Assembly (NCBI RefSeq): GCF_964355755.1 | Contig: NC_092678.1 | Location: forward strand, 4,418,422 to 4,482,421 | DNA length: 64,000 nt | Origin: Antedon mediterranea | Taxonomy: Eukaryota > Animalia > Echinodermata | Direction of reading: 5' to 3' | Shown: piece after piece, positions 47,251 through 62,200 of the stretch | Numbering within the stretch: position 1 is the first letter of the stretch | How the letters are laid out: each line of letters begins with the position of its first letter | Notes under the pieces: generated by a model | Seen by the model: only the letters and a program-made list of their open reading frames with translations | The model's database searches: none | Told to the model about the DNA's origin: nothing | Made by a program: the position numbers and the translations under genes

Positions 47251-50200
47251 ATGGAAAATAAAGAAGAAAGTTTATCTTTGAGAGATTCTTCTAAAAAAGC
47301 TGAAGATCCTAGACCTAATGGAGATGGCTCAAATATTAAAGATGTGGACCATATTCCGGAGCGTGGAAATTGGACTGGAAGATTTGATTTTTTGTTGGCC
47401 TGTATCGGCTTTGCCATTGGTATGGGTAATGTCTGGAGATTCCCGTATCTTTGCTACAAAAATGGAGGCGGTAAGTTTGTTTATATTATTATTTATAATA
47501 AGTATATATCTGCATTTTATCGTTATTGAGATTTGCAATTTACTTGAATGCATTCCTGCTATATAATTTTTCTTGTTTTAGAATTAAGGACTTGCGGCGC
47601 AAATAAATTACTTTAGCGTTGTAATATACATTATCGTTAAAAGTCCATTAATGTCAACAATTGTAAGTACGCAAATGTTTCGAGGGGAAAAAATGTCTTG
47701 GTGCAATGATAAATGCACTCGATTATTGTTTCTTATCGCCTCTTAGCGATAATGCATTACAATTTAAGTCAAACTCTATTCTTTTAATGTCACATTTAAG
47801 AGGAATTATTTCACAATGTCATTTATATTGTTAACGTGACAAGCTTATAGTTTATCACTCATTCTTTATGAGATTCAATTTTAATTGTCAGCAGTTTACA
47901 ACGAAAAGCGCATCACAAGTTTACGCGCGCGTACTGATAATCGTGATATTTTATCATTTTCTATACTTGTGTGTCTTATATGCGAGTCTAAACTAAGGTA
48001 CCACCGAAAGTATAAATAACATAAGCACATGTACTACACAATGCATTATGTAATGTTATCGTATTATTGCCTGGAGCTGTTTTTCTTTCATTACATGCGT
48101 ACATAATATTTAAAATCTCTTTAATTTAACCCTGAGTGAATTCAGTACGTACGTTTTTATATAAAGATGATATAATGTTATAAATAGGTCTGTATGATTG
48201 AACTGCTTGCCAATGATTGTACAAAGATTAGGCTTTGGTGACCTACATCTAAGCATTAATATTCAACATACGTGTCCACTTTTGATTGTAATGGAACACA
48301 TTTGCCTTCTCGTCATTATTAGCTTCAGGCCTTGTTAATACGACAAGAACATCTTAGATCTTTTGTTTTCATCATCAAGTTGTTTATAATAATAGTTGAT
48401 TCTCATGCCAAATTATTGTGTACACTCCTTAATTAGAAGGATGTCTATAGAAATTTGGTCTGAAATTACCAATTCTCGAAGTGTATTCAAAACAGGAAAA
48501 AAAATGGTTGTCCACCAATAATTGTACTATAGTAATCGATTTGTTGTAGCATGACTACGTCATAATTGTTGACTAGTTTATCGTTCCATCACCTCTTAGT
48601 AATTGACTACCGCTAGGTAATCGCATCGACAAAACCCCAAGTTTAGAAATCACGCCATTATACCTGCCTGCACCTTTTAGTAGCTGCGCACCACTATGTG
48701 CGTATTTGATGCGATTAGAGGTTTCGTAAATGCCGGTGTATGGCTACGTGATTGCCTGTTAAATAGATTGTATCAATTGTCCCTGACTTCAGCGAATTCC
48801 CAGCAAATTCAACACCTGAAAATCACAGGCATTTAATAGTTTTAGCAGTTTCAGGCATAGAATGTTTGGTTTTGTTACAACATTAACAGATGTTAAGTCA
48901 ACACATCCATTCATGCAACGTCATTTCTGTTTGCACATTATTTGCATGTGCATTGTGTTGTGACCTCAAATGGGGAGCCAGTCCCCCAGTGTGTACGAAA
49001 CGGGGCAAAAAATAACCAAAGTATTACCCAGGGAAAAGCAAAATTAATAGTATATAAGGTTAAAATCCAGTTAAGGATGTCAATAGCTGCATCAAAGTTT
49101 CCTGTTTTTGTCATCAGCCTTTGTCTGCCTGTTCTCCATGGACTTGAACACATTGACAATAAGATCAGGTCTGTCATTTCATTGGCCCACAATGTTCGGA
49201 TGATTTTTTCATTTTATGAAATAATGTTTATATTGAAAGGAGTCATGAGGAACAGGTGGATTTATAATCTAGTTGAAGTTAAAATTGTTCGTTTCTTACT
49301 AAATCGTTATCGACATCACAAACAGACGCCAAAAACCCCCAACAAAACACGTATATTAAAATGGAACGGCTTGCTGCGTACAAACTTTGATGAAAATGCC
49401 ATTGTTTGTTAGCGCGTGTACATTTTGTTACGAGTTACTGACAAAATTAATTAACTGACAATTAGCTCTGTTAGGATTTATATATTTCATCAAGTGGAAA
49501 ATATATGATTTAGTAGAGCAAATACCTATCTTTAGATTAAAAAACAGACAACGCGGTAATATGAATTAGTCTGCAATAAAATAATCAATCCTAGTTATAA
49601 ATCGCGCGCGCAATTTTTTTAAACTCACTTTTGGCGACATTTTAAAAAATAAATTAGGCCTAATTAGAAACCAGTTGAAATATATTTTGTTTAAAAAAAA
49701 TAATTATTGCAGATACTACTATAGAGAACAGATATTACCAAACATTGGTGTACTTTTTTGACACCAGTCGCGTTCTTAAAAACTTTAGGGCATGTTGGTG
49801 CCTGCGGATAAAACAAACTTACGATATAAAGGAATTATCCTTTGCTGGCTATGCTGCACAGTGGTAAGTTTTATCCAAGGTAAACAATCCGTTATAAACG
49901 AATTTGCCAACGCGTCAAGTATGCAGTGCGTAATTGTTATGTGATAGCGCTATAGCCCCAAACACTCGCGACAAAACACTCATTCCATTATACACGCTTT
50001 AATACGTTTCCATATAAATATTTTGAAAGAAAACATTAGTGTTGATTGTAGCTGAATCTTTTGTATTGGATGACTTTGTGGCTGGTCGTTGTCCCGGTGT
50101 ATGTACGCATGATTACGCTCTCCTAAGACTTGGCTTTCTTTTTAAAAAAATCTAAAAATCTATTAGTGTTACCCCTACTTGATTGTAATCAATTTTGTTT

Positions 50201-53200
50201 TTGATTTTTATGGAGATTTCGTTTGGAAAAAATGGTATATTTTATCGTATCCTGATGGTATTGAAAAATGGGGTGAAGTGATTGATGATAAAAAGGGGAA
50301 CTGTAAAGGAGATTGCGATAAAATATGGTAATTACAAAAATAGTGATGCCGAAGATGGTGTGATGACACCAAAGATAATGATAATAGTGGTAAAAGTTGA
50401 TGTGGTGATACGATGGTGGTATCCTGTTTATTTGTGGCTACAGAATGGTTGTGAATAAACGATATTGCGAAGAAAGATGATGATGACGAAGGTGGTGGTA
50501 AAAGGTGATATGGTGATACGATGGTACGTGGTGGTGATGGGTGTTCATTGGTGATGACTGAAGAGGCTGTGAATAAAGGATATTGTGAAGAAAGATGATG
50601 ATGAAAAAGATGGGGATGATGAGGAAATTGATGATGACAAAGGTGATATGGAGATGATGAAGGAAGATGGTGATAATGCAGTGATGAAGATAGTGGTTCT
50701 TTGCGATATGTAAAACATTATTTGCATCAATATTTCGTACCTTAATCATTGGTATGCCCACTATGGAATGTCTATTAACTTGGGGTCATTGTTCCCCAGG
50801 GCTATCTATTTAACTCATTATCTACCCGGCCTACTTGAGTATGAAGACTAGTGTATAGAAACTGGTAGTAGAAGGCCTAGCTGCTATAAACCGCGACAGA
50901 AGCAGGGTTTGTAGAGAATTCACATAAAACTATTTGTTTATATCTGAAAGGTCACTATTTTACAGTCCCCAAATGTACGTACCCTGCCACTTTTCCGGGT
51001 CAACTCTGACCTTTAAAGGCGCCCCTAGACAGCTATTAAAACCTCTTTAAGGAATGACTAATGACCCATGTTCAATATCATGAGGATAGTAAGGTTATAT
51101 AATAGTGCTTGCGTTGCGTCTCCGTCCTTGCGTTGCGTCTCTTAAGCGTGGTTCCCACTAGCGACGCAACGCAAGGACGTAACGCAATGCAAGTGAATTG
51201 ACCAATCACAAGCGATGGCTTATTCGATTGTGATTGCTAACTGTCTATAACTTCGCTTGTCATTGTCATTGGTCAACACGCTTACGTTGCGTTTACGTCC
51301 TTGCGTTACGTTCTAGTGGGAACCAAGCTTTAGGGCAACCAAGCTTTTAAGTAAACGCATACCTGACATAACGCTCTAGCTTGTTGTAAACGAAGTTATA
51401 ATACGATTTTTAGGACATTTTTCAAAATTCCGCTAATTAATTGTTTATGCCTCTTAAGGTGTTTTAGATTCGCAGAATGCAATCTAATTTTTGTTAGTTT
51501 CGGGTGAAAGAAAAACGATTACCTGCAGATTACGCGTAAAACGTTAAACGTTCTTACTCCCCAAGGGTGTGATTGCAAACTTAACGATGTTTTTTACCAC
51601 GTGATACGCTAACAATCGCGAAGAATTTTATGTTGTTTGAAGAAAAATAAGAAAATGTTGCTAAATCGAATTTCGTCGTGATTACATTCTCTCGCAACAT
51701 TGGTTTATTCTGGTTATTAATTATCTTTGTTAGAAAATTGATTTCTGTTCCCCTGGGAAACTAATCGGATTTTAGAAATATTTATTTTATATAAATTATA
51801 TTACTTTACTATTCATTACTATAATTAATAATATTCAAAGTCGTATCCAGAAGAGGTATACCTGTAGTACTTTGTATTCGTTGTTTTTCTTTTTTAATAA
51901 AATGCATTGCTTTTTGATTGCATTGCTAATTAATTAAAATTTAATGTAATGTGTGGGTTTTGCCTCCTCATCATGTAAGCGTCTCATTGCATTTTTATAC
52001 CACTGGTATCATCTCATAGCAAATAGCTCCATTAGTGCAAACATTTTCCCTCGTGTCTATGATATCCTTACAAACGAATTTAGTCACGTGTTTTACTGTA
52101 GTACTTTTGCATTTACGTGAAAAGGTTATTGTTTTGACTGGCAGCTGCAACCCCAATTATTATATAGAAGTTGGTTCGCATAATTCAAAGGAATGTTAAC
52201 AGTCTTTCTTCCCACACTGTGATGAAGCTCATACGATATGGGCCTTCAAAATTCAAAATGGTTGACGAATTGTGTCGGTACGTCCCAGGCGAGTCGTGGT
52301 GATGGCAACCTAATCCTAAATCGTGGTTCCAGGAAGCCAATCCCAAGGGAAAAGAGCGAAATCCCTAGGGAAAAGAGCGAAATCCCTCTCAATAAAGTCT
52401 ACACTTAACTGTATGCCTACGGTGATTTAATTTTGAAAATAGGTATTGCGTTGTGTGTCTCCAACGTGTTACACTAATGCTTTGTTCCCACTATAAACGC
52501 AAGGCAGGGACGTAAGAGAGCAACGCACAAGTACTATTTGACCAATCACAAGCGATAGATTATTCTGAAGCTTGTCATTGGTTAACTTGCTTGCGCCTGC
52601 ACGTATGTCACTGCGTGCTTCCAAGGGCCCAAGCAAGTTTTAGTGCTGCGTAGTAAAGCAGTGGCCAGGCTCATTCATAACTGACACACTGTGAGTAGTA
52701 TCTCAGTGGTGTCAACACGTTGGCTAGCGGCTGGTGTTGTTGCAAGTCTTTTCAATAATAGCTTGATGAAATTGTGTCTCAGGTGACATCTATACTCACC
52801 CTCTAACAAATTACATTCATGTAATTTCTGTTCCTCGACACAAACACCTGCTCTAAAGAAAATAACTTATAATCAATTTATAATAGCGACTCATATTCTA
52901 TTGCAATTCCATACAGGTTGGAGTCACTATTACTATTGTTACGCTGTCTTATCTTTTGGTTTAAATAGATCTGTTCGATTTCAGTTCTTTTTGCGCAATT
53001 GTGGAATTATGTCAAAGATAAGATAATCCGTGAAAATAAATTGAAAATAGAATTTAAATGAACTATACTGTTACATAATCCTATGAGATTGCTCTCAAAA
53101 CCATTAAGATGTTAGTAAATTAGCAAATAATCATAAACAAACAGTCAAATAGAACATTGATTTGATTTTGCTCACCAAGAAATAATTATTGAATGAAATA

Positions 53201-56200
53201 TAAATTTCGTTTAAGTACACATAATCTAGAAGCTGCATTGCTGTTATAAAAATCTCAAAATAAACTAAATTATTTTGAGATTGAAAATGTAAACTTGAAT
53301 TATTAAACGAGAACTGGCAGATATACTGGCCTTGGCCTTCGTAATAATTGTAATTTGAGAATATGTTGTCGTTTGAAATTACCTGTCGTTTTTACTTCTT
53401 TTGTTTGTGACTGTTAGTGTGTGTTTCTATTTTCTATAGAAATTCGATGAAGTTCTCCCATTATGAACATTTGATATTTACATTTACTGATGTGTACACA
53501 TTATGTTTTTTTGACGTGACAGTACGGTTCTCATCATATTCTAAAGAAACTTGATTTAACTGCCTAAATTATGAATATCAATAATACATTTTACTGTTGT
53601 GTACGCATTGTTTGAGATACAATGTTTGTTTTGGCTGCCTCGTTTATTCATATTATTTACTTAATTATGTGTATACATTTTATGTGACCATGTTACATTA
53701 TAGAACGTTTAATTTATCAATTATGATTAATATATTTGTATTTACATTAGTACCGCATTATCTATACCATGTTTGACAACAAATTAAGTTTAATTGCTGC
53801 AATTATGACAATTAATTAATAACAACCGTTATCAATTATTTATTACTATATTTCAAAATATCAATCAATTATTTCCACATCAGATATATTTATTTTCAGA
53901 AACAGTTTCTTTAACTCTCTAATTCGTTGATATATTAATTGCAAAATTTGTCAAATGTGCACTGAACCATATCCGACATATCAACATGAAATCGACGCGC
54001 GCGTTGAATGAACCTTTATATCAGAATTCGAACGCGCGCGTGAATCGTGACGTCATTAATATTCTATCTTCAGCTTTTTTAAAGATACTGTATTATTACT
54101 GCAATGGTAGCATTACTAACTTAAATAATCTCTAGAAATGTAAAATATGTAACATGTTTTCAATTTGCAAGTTTATTAACACCTTTTACAAAGTTCTAGT
54201 GTAAAGATTGCTTTAGGATATTGACGTTTCTGGTCCAATTGCTCAGGTATTTACTATTTGCTTAGAAACAAACAATTATTTTACTCTAATTCTTAAAAAT
54301 AATAAATCTGTACCGTAATTTCTTCTTCGATAATCGCAAAAGTATATAGTTTTCAGGCAGTGTTGGTTGAAGTATTTAAAAGTAAAATATGAATGACATG
54401 CCACGATTGAAAGAAAGTCAGAGAACTCAATCTCAAGTATTTTTTCAGTTATTTTTGGATAGGTAAAATAATATATTAAAAATAGCGTCGATACAATTCT
54501 ATAATTAGATTAAGCTCTTTCAGAAATTAAGGTTATGTTGAAATGAGAAGCAAACGGTTCTATGTAGAAAAACATCTATATGTTAAATCCTGGTAATACT
54601 TAAATCAATGATGATTATGTACTATTAGACGTTCTAGTCCAGTAAGAACGGTGGCATGGGGGATGAGAGCATTTAGTTTTGAAGCAAAGATCAAAGGGGA
54701 CACCCTAAAGCTGCTCTAACATTACTAAGGCTAGGCTATCGTACTTTAGAACATTTCTGAATCCATACACATAGATGTACCGTACTAATAAATATGTTCT
54801 AATGTCTAATGACCTGTTAATCGACGTCGTAAGGTAAGGTGAGCTTATATGCGCATGCGCAAAAAATCAAATACCTTCTGAAAGTATAGAACAATTTTAA
54901 CCCCGATTTAAGAGAGTCTCAATAATCATTTTTAAAATCATTTATTTTCAGGTGCGTTTCTCATTCCCTACCTGTTGACCTTGGTGTTTGCTGGTATACC
55001 TCTATTTTTCTTCGAAACAGCAATAGGGCAGATGATGAGTATTGGTGGACTCGGTGTTTGGAAAATATGCCCCCTTTTCAAAGGTACATGACCATATTTT
55101 ACACGCTGATACGATTTTTCTATAAACTTCTGTAATAAAGATACTTAATTGCAAGTAATCTTAGCAACTATTAGAGACTTGGGAATTGATTGACGTCATA
55201 CGTTATTTAAATCACACTTATATTGAACTTTTCTGGCTCATAATATTGATACAACATAAATCAATAATTATGTATGATATGTACATGTTTTTTTTATTTG
55301 TGCAATATCACACAAATGTGCGCAACACATAAACCAAAGATCATTTTTTCTTACAAGTTGATAGTCACGCTAACTAACGATATCAGTTCTAGTGATTTAA
55401 AAAAAAATTCTCCTAAGATTATCAAATTAAGTAAATATAATACATTTATTGTGATTTAATCAAACATTCTGGTCTATTACGTGTAGAAACTTGATTCTGT
55501 GTGCGTGTTCGAAAATTGGTTGTATGCAAATTACTATGAATTTTGATATCTTAAACATTTAGTGAAAAGGTTTGAAACCGCCAAATACTAACATTTATCA
55601 AACAAACAAACTAATATGGACACGATTACGTCATATCATTACCGTATTTGGACACATCAAATTTGTTTTATAGTGTAGACAGAGCTTAATACATGGTACA
55701 TTTGTTTTACAGGTGTTGGTCTTGCTGCTGTAGTGATGTCATTTTTATTAAATGTGTACTACGTCATCATCATAGCCTGGGCGTTGCTATATCTTTTCTA
55801 CTCATTTAGCGCCACCTTGCCGTGGGATGATTGTGAAAACTGGTGGAATACGCCCAATTGTACAACAAATTATACATATGTTGATAACAGTAGTGTTTCA
55901 ACAACTATGGAATTCTGGAAGTTAGTAACTTTCCATATTCAAGTATTTCATATTATTTAATAATTGAAATGGTCAAATTGCAATTGCACCTCGCACAATT
56001 TTAGCACACCCAGTTCCAAATCTTTTTTTTGACATTCAGGGTTGACCTTGTTCCCATGTAATTCTAAACTACCCTTGCTCCATGGCGAGCACGTTTGGGG
56101 AGTATTTGACCTAAAGGAAGTGACGTATACATGTGTATCATCAAAAGTGAAACTACTTTTTCCTCTCTTATTGAAACAATAATGTTAACCTTGGATTAAG

Positions 56201-59200
56201 TACCATTATTAATCACTTAAGTACGATGTTAGTTTAATGACTTAAATGTGTATACCAGTAGAAAACATATGTCAAATGAGAGTTAACGTTTCAAAAAATT
56301 GCAAAAAATCAACCCTTTTACTGAAATCCTGTTTATTAGAATATAACTAAAATATCGTACTTGTTTTTATTTTGTAGACGGTACATATTAAGAGAGACGG
56401 AAGGTATAGACGAGGTTGGCCAGCTAAGATGGCAACTCTCGCTAACTTTAATGTTGTCATGGATTATCTGTTATTTTTGTATCTGGAAAGGAGTCGAATG
56501 GACAGGAAAGGTAGACGTTACTTAAGTACTCTAGGGATTGGTTACGTCACATCAACCACGTAATGCGCCAAACGCATCATAACTACCTACACGAAGCAAT
56601 ATTTACTTTACTGAACACTTGTCGAGGCCAGAGAGAAAGATCTTTGGTCTAGGCCTATATTAATTAGTTCTCAAAGATGGCACCAATAATTATGATACCG
56701 ACAAACACTCTGAAATGCGCAGTCATCCATGCATGACGATATTGCGTTTAATAAAGAATATTATCTGAGTCACTTAACCGTAAATGATACAACAATTGTT
56801 CATTCAATAACAATATGTGTTTAGTAATTACTGCAGTAATACTCATAATACATATTATATTGACAATGTTACGTTTGGATACATATCAATTTGAAAAATT
56901 CGCCTTTCGACAAACTTACTCCTTGGTAGTATATCACAATAGTAATACTGTATTTCTTAATCGGTCCATGTGACATCCAATCAAAACTTTTTATTTATTA
57001 TTTTTTTATAGTATTAAAGTCAATTGAACACACAATTTTATGTATTTGATTAAAATTTGTAAAATATTGCAATAGAAAAAAACAAGAACCTTCTACAGTT
57101 AGTGTGATCCAGCATAAATCATTTCGCATAAAAAAGCTGAATAAACTTCCACTAATTTTTAAGAAACCCTTTTTAACTCAAATTTAGCATTTTTTTAACT
57201 CTATTTTTATCAAAATGTTGTCAGGTACATAACATGATAACGTTAGATAGAAATTTATCAAGGCATCGTTTATGCCATAAATGAATGTACGATTGATTTT
57301 AGTTCATTTTGCGTATTATAATGGTGCCGGTTAGTTGTCAAAGCGGAGCATTGATTAACTTCACTGTAAGGTGCGAATTTTGTATTCATCCGTTTCATAT
57401 AAATTATTATTCCCACACACACATATGAATATCGTAATTCAACCGGCCGCCGTTCGCTTTCATTCACCTTCCACAAAACTATGATCCAATCGATTCTGAT
57501 AATTCCATTGAAAGCTTTCATTTTTTCAGGTAATAACTGAAAGGATTTATTTTTTCAGGTGGTGTGGTTCACGGCTTCGTATCCTTACGTCATGATGTTC
57601 ATTCTGTTCATCAGAGGTGTTACTCTCGATGGTGCTGTTGATGGTATTATCTTTTACATCAAACCAGATTTTGAAAAACTTGCAGAATCTGAGGTAGTCA
57701 TTGACAATAGACATGCGCAAACGATCATCATCAAACCTGCGTTTACATTGACAATTCCTTCATTTATAGGTCTTTTTCTAATCTGCAGCAATACTTTTTA
57801 TTCGATATATAAATATATTGTAGCAATCAAAACAATATACACCACCGTAGGCCTACTTATTTTATTATATGATCTATCTTGCAGTAAAATTTGATAATAT
57901 TACATAACGTCGTAACCCCTGGGAGTTATGCTGTTTTTTTTATGTTGAGGTTTTATACTGCAGTTAATTATCCTCTCTGATGAGAGGTTTATTATGCCAA
58001 TGCCAATGCATTGATTGAAATGGCCTGCTGCTGCAAATATGATATTTTTTATATTCTTGTTCTGTTCCCTGCCTCTTGACAGGTTTAAAGGCGAATTTCT
58101 CAATTTTTTTTACTATCATTCCCGCTATTATTGTTTCATGTCGGCATATCTTTCATTACTTTCTTCATGTAGTGTTGTCCTTTTTTACTGTTAATTTGGT
58201 ACAGTATAGTAGTATAGATTGTGTGTTGGTTCATTAGTTAAAATTAAATCAGAAACTATTTTAAAAACTACAATACCAAATCAAGGCTATTTTTTAATGA
58301 TCTCGGGAGGTGTAGTTTTGATAAAAATGTTCTTTACTTTCACCTGTCTTAAGTAAGCCTAATAATAGAATCAAACTGTTCTTTTCTTTTTTTTCTTTTC
58401 TATTCTTATTTTTATTTTCTTTCTCTCTTTTCATCAATCTTGTTTCCGGACTTATTCGCCAATTATAGAGAGACGGTCTATATTACCTCATGATAGACTT
58501 GTTTAACAATATGACTGGTGTGTTACGTTTATATTAATTTCCTCGGACTGGCATGATTAAACTTTTTTTCAATTCCTTACATCTTGAAACTATAATGAAC
58601 ATTAAAATATCATCATCGTTTCTTTCAGGTTTGGATTGATGCCGCTACTCAAATATTCTTCTCGTATGGAATTGGGCTGGGTTCATTGATAGCGTTGGGT
58701 AGCTACAATCCATTTCACAACAACGTGTATAGGTCAGTGTATTGGACTGTGCAGCCTATATTTTGAATCTTCTCCCGTTATATATGAAAACACATAAGTT
58801 AATTAGAAGAAAAAGATAAGAGGGCACCTTGTGTACACCCAATTATGTCTGCACGGTGGGAGTTTGGTGGGAGAATGCTTTCCTTCCAATTTAAAAGTTC
58901 GAAGTTCAAATCATGTATACCTATGATTCCTGGCTCGTAATTTATAAAGATGCATTAGTCCCCAAAAACATGAAAAAATTATGAAGAATAAAATCAGACT
59001 TTGAATAAAGCATTTTGTAGTTTTAACAAAGTTAATCACTTCCGTAGAAAAACCCCGAATAAACAATATTTTCACTTATGAAATGACAAAATAAACGGTT
59101 AAATTAAACCAAAAACCCATGGCTGGCAGCCAATTTTACTTTTTGTTGCTTTAAATTACAGTTTTTTCAAGTAAATAATTGTTTTTCTGATTCAATTTTT

Positions 59201-62200
59201 TGTTAAAGTGAAAAATAACTTTTATATAACTATATTCAACAAAAAAAATGTAAACAATTATTTTTCAAGGAGGGACAATACATCTTTAAACCTAACTTTT
59301 CAAAAATATATGTGTTTTTAAAAATTCATTTTGATATTTTTTGTTATAGGGATGCCTTGATCGTGGCGTGTGTTAATAGTGGTACGAGTATATTCGCGGG
59401 ATTTGTTATATTCTCCGTGATTGGGTATATGGCTCATACCCAGAATAAAGACGTCGCGGAAGTTGCTGCGTCAGGTTGGTTTAACCATCATTTTATTTTA
59501 CAGAGAGAAAGAGACTTAGAGACTTATCACTTAAGAAAGAGTAAAATATTAAATACTGTAATGTATACATAACTTTATACTAGGTGACGTTTTAATTTAA
59601 CTGGTACGTTATCCCAGAGTTTTGGATTAGGAAACTAAAAATTATTTATTAGTTTATGTAAAAAGGAATACATATTTTAAAAACAATGGCACTCGGATTG
59701 GATACAAATTACTATACCTCTGATACCTTTGACTTGTTAATTAAGAAAAAAAAGATCTGTATAAACATAAAACAAAGTTGTACAATAGAGGCAGTAATTA
59801 CATGTGGCAAACATATATTTTATTATGTGCTGTTTAATTGTTTTGATTTGTTTCTGTTTGATGGACAGGTCCAGGTTTAGCTTTCGTAGCGTATCCTTCC
59901 GCCGTCGCTGAAATGCCAATCTCGCCTCTCTGGGCTTGCCTCTTCTTTTCAATGATGTTCATGCTGGGTTTGGATAGTCAGGTAAATAAACCAAACATAA
60001 CAGAAACAAGATAAGTCAAACTTGATAAACTCCTTCCCAATATTAATAAAGTATAAGTAGTAAACTAATTTTAACTTGCCATAAAGCGACCTACTTTTTA
60101 CAAACATAATTACAAATTGTTAGTAATTTCGGATCATTATTAAATATGTTGTAAAATAATGATACATTATGTAATGAGTCTCCCACCAGGCATTGTGCGT
60201 CTGTACTTTAATAATCTTTGACCCCTGTCGATCTACAAGCAACACGTGTCAAAACCAATCAATCGCGTACATTGTCATATTACAAGTTACTATAGAAACA
60301 TTAATTGAGACACGACATGTACAGTTGTTAGACGGTATTCGCACGTTTCTGTTTATATATCACTATTAAAGAAAACAAATTTAGACATTTTATAATTATT
60401 GTTGATAATGATGACAATAGAACATGACAATTATGAATGCATTTGATAAATAATAAATTCATGATTCAAGATTCAAGATTCAAGAAATTTTATTTGTCCA
60501 TAAAAATGGAAATTCACTTTGCTTGGTAGATTAAAACAACAATAAAAAACAAACATAAAAAATGTTGCAACAATTTAAAACGTGCAGTATTATAACAGAT
60601 AAAGTACAAGATAAAAAGTTGAAAATAAAAAAACTGTTAAAAATCTAAAACTATTTAAAAATTGCATGATAATGTTTCTGCCGGTAATCTTGCTGCCAGT
60701 AATTCTGCTGCTGACGCTATTGCTGCTGGTAATGCCGGTACATTTAATGTCGCTCTTGCAGCCGGTAATGTTGTTGATGCCGGTAATGCTGCTGCCGATA
60801 ATGTTGCTACTGTTAATGTTGATTCCGGTAATGTTGCCGGTAATACTGCTGCTGCCGGTATGCCGCTATCCGTAATGTCGCTGTTGCAGCCGGTAATGTT
60901 GTTGATGCCGATAATGTTGCAGCCGATAATGTTGCTGCCGGTAATGCTGCCGGTAATGCTGCCGGTAATACTGCTACCCGTAATGTCGCTGTTGCAGCCG
61001 GTAATGTTGTTGATGCCGATAATGTTGCTGCCGATAATGTTGCTACGGTTAATGTTGATTCCGGTAATTTTGCTGCCGGTAATATAATGCTGCCGCCAGT
61101 AATGATGATTATAATGATTATAATGATAGTGATAACAATAATAGTGATAATAATATTTTTGTCTAATTTAGTTCTGTACTATGGAAGGCTTTTTCACGGC
61201 ATGTATAGACGAATGGCCTCGTTACTTGAGGAAACACAAGGAAATATTCATCGCTATTGTCTGTTTTTTTTCGTACCTTATAGGGCTTAGCATGGTGACA
61301 GAGGTAGGCCTACATGTTCAATTACATAAAGCCAAAACTACTGCTATTTTTCCTACAACTAACAAATAGAACAGTGGACTCTATATTATTGTTTTCTTTA
61401 TGGGTTAGATCTGAAATAAATGAATGAACAAATTATATATATATTTCTTTTATTGACGTTTCAAAATTAATCGCTTAAAGTTCCACAACAACTCGCATCC
61501 TAATGTCTCAGCATTGTTATTAAACTTACCGAAATGCCTCTCCTACTATCTCTAGATAGCGTTGCTTTCCACCCTTAGTAACCTAAAAATGTTTGTACAT
61601 TTTAAACTGTTTAAAGGCGTTGATTAATATTGCATTAATGGCTGTTGTCGGAAGCTTTTTGAATTGACTGAATGTACATTTTCGAACGTTCACCCTCATG
61701 TGTTCTCGTTGTTGTTATGATAGTCTAAACAATGTTGCTTTGCAGGGAGGCATTTACGTATTTGAACTGTTTAATACATACTCGGCAAGTGGCATGAGTC
61801 TCTTGTTCTTGGTCTTCTTTCAAACAGTTGCCATCAGCTGGTTTTATGGTAAGTAAATAGTTTATCTTATTCTTACGGGGAGCAATTCGAGACAATTGAT
61901 CATCGCATCGAGCACTTGAACGATTTCTGGCACCCCGTACTCGCAGGTATAAATATAATTCTAAACGTTGTTGTATTTTCTGACCGGACCACATGTGGAT
62001 GGTATTTTCAATTGACCAATGTTGCACAAACTGACCATCACAAGAGACGCTTGACTTCACTTAATATTATATCATGAATGTAGACCTATTGTTGATCGTT
62101 TCCGACCAAAATTCTATGAAATTGCTGATATAATTTGCAAAAAGGTACACGCTTTCTTCTTCCATACTACACGGCCTATGACATTTTATGTATAAGAATA

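Noticed and set aside
48942-49412. 156-aa ORF in SLC6 intron 1
   Set aside because: No recognisable domain or splice structure; plausible by chance.
60662-61087. Ala/Asn/Gly-rich ORF resembling an antifreeze or structural protein
   Set aside because: Triplet-based repeat inside SLC6 intron 8; the exons on either side join in phase without it.
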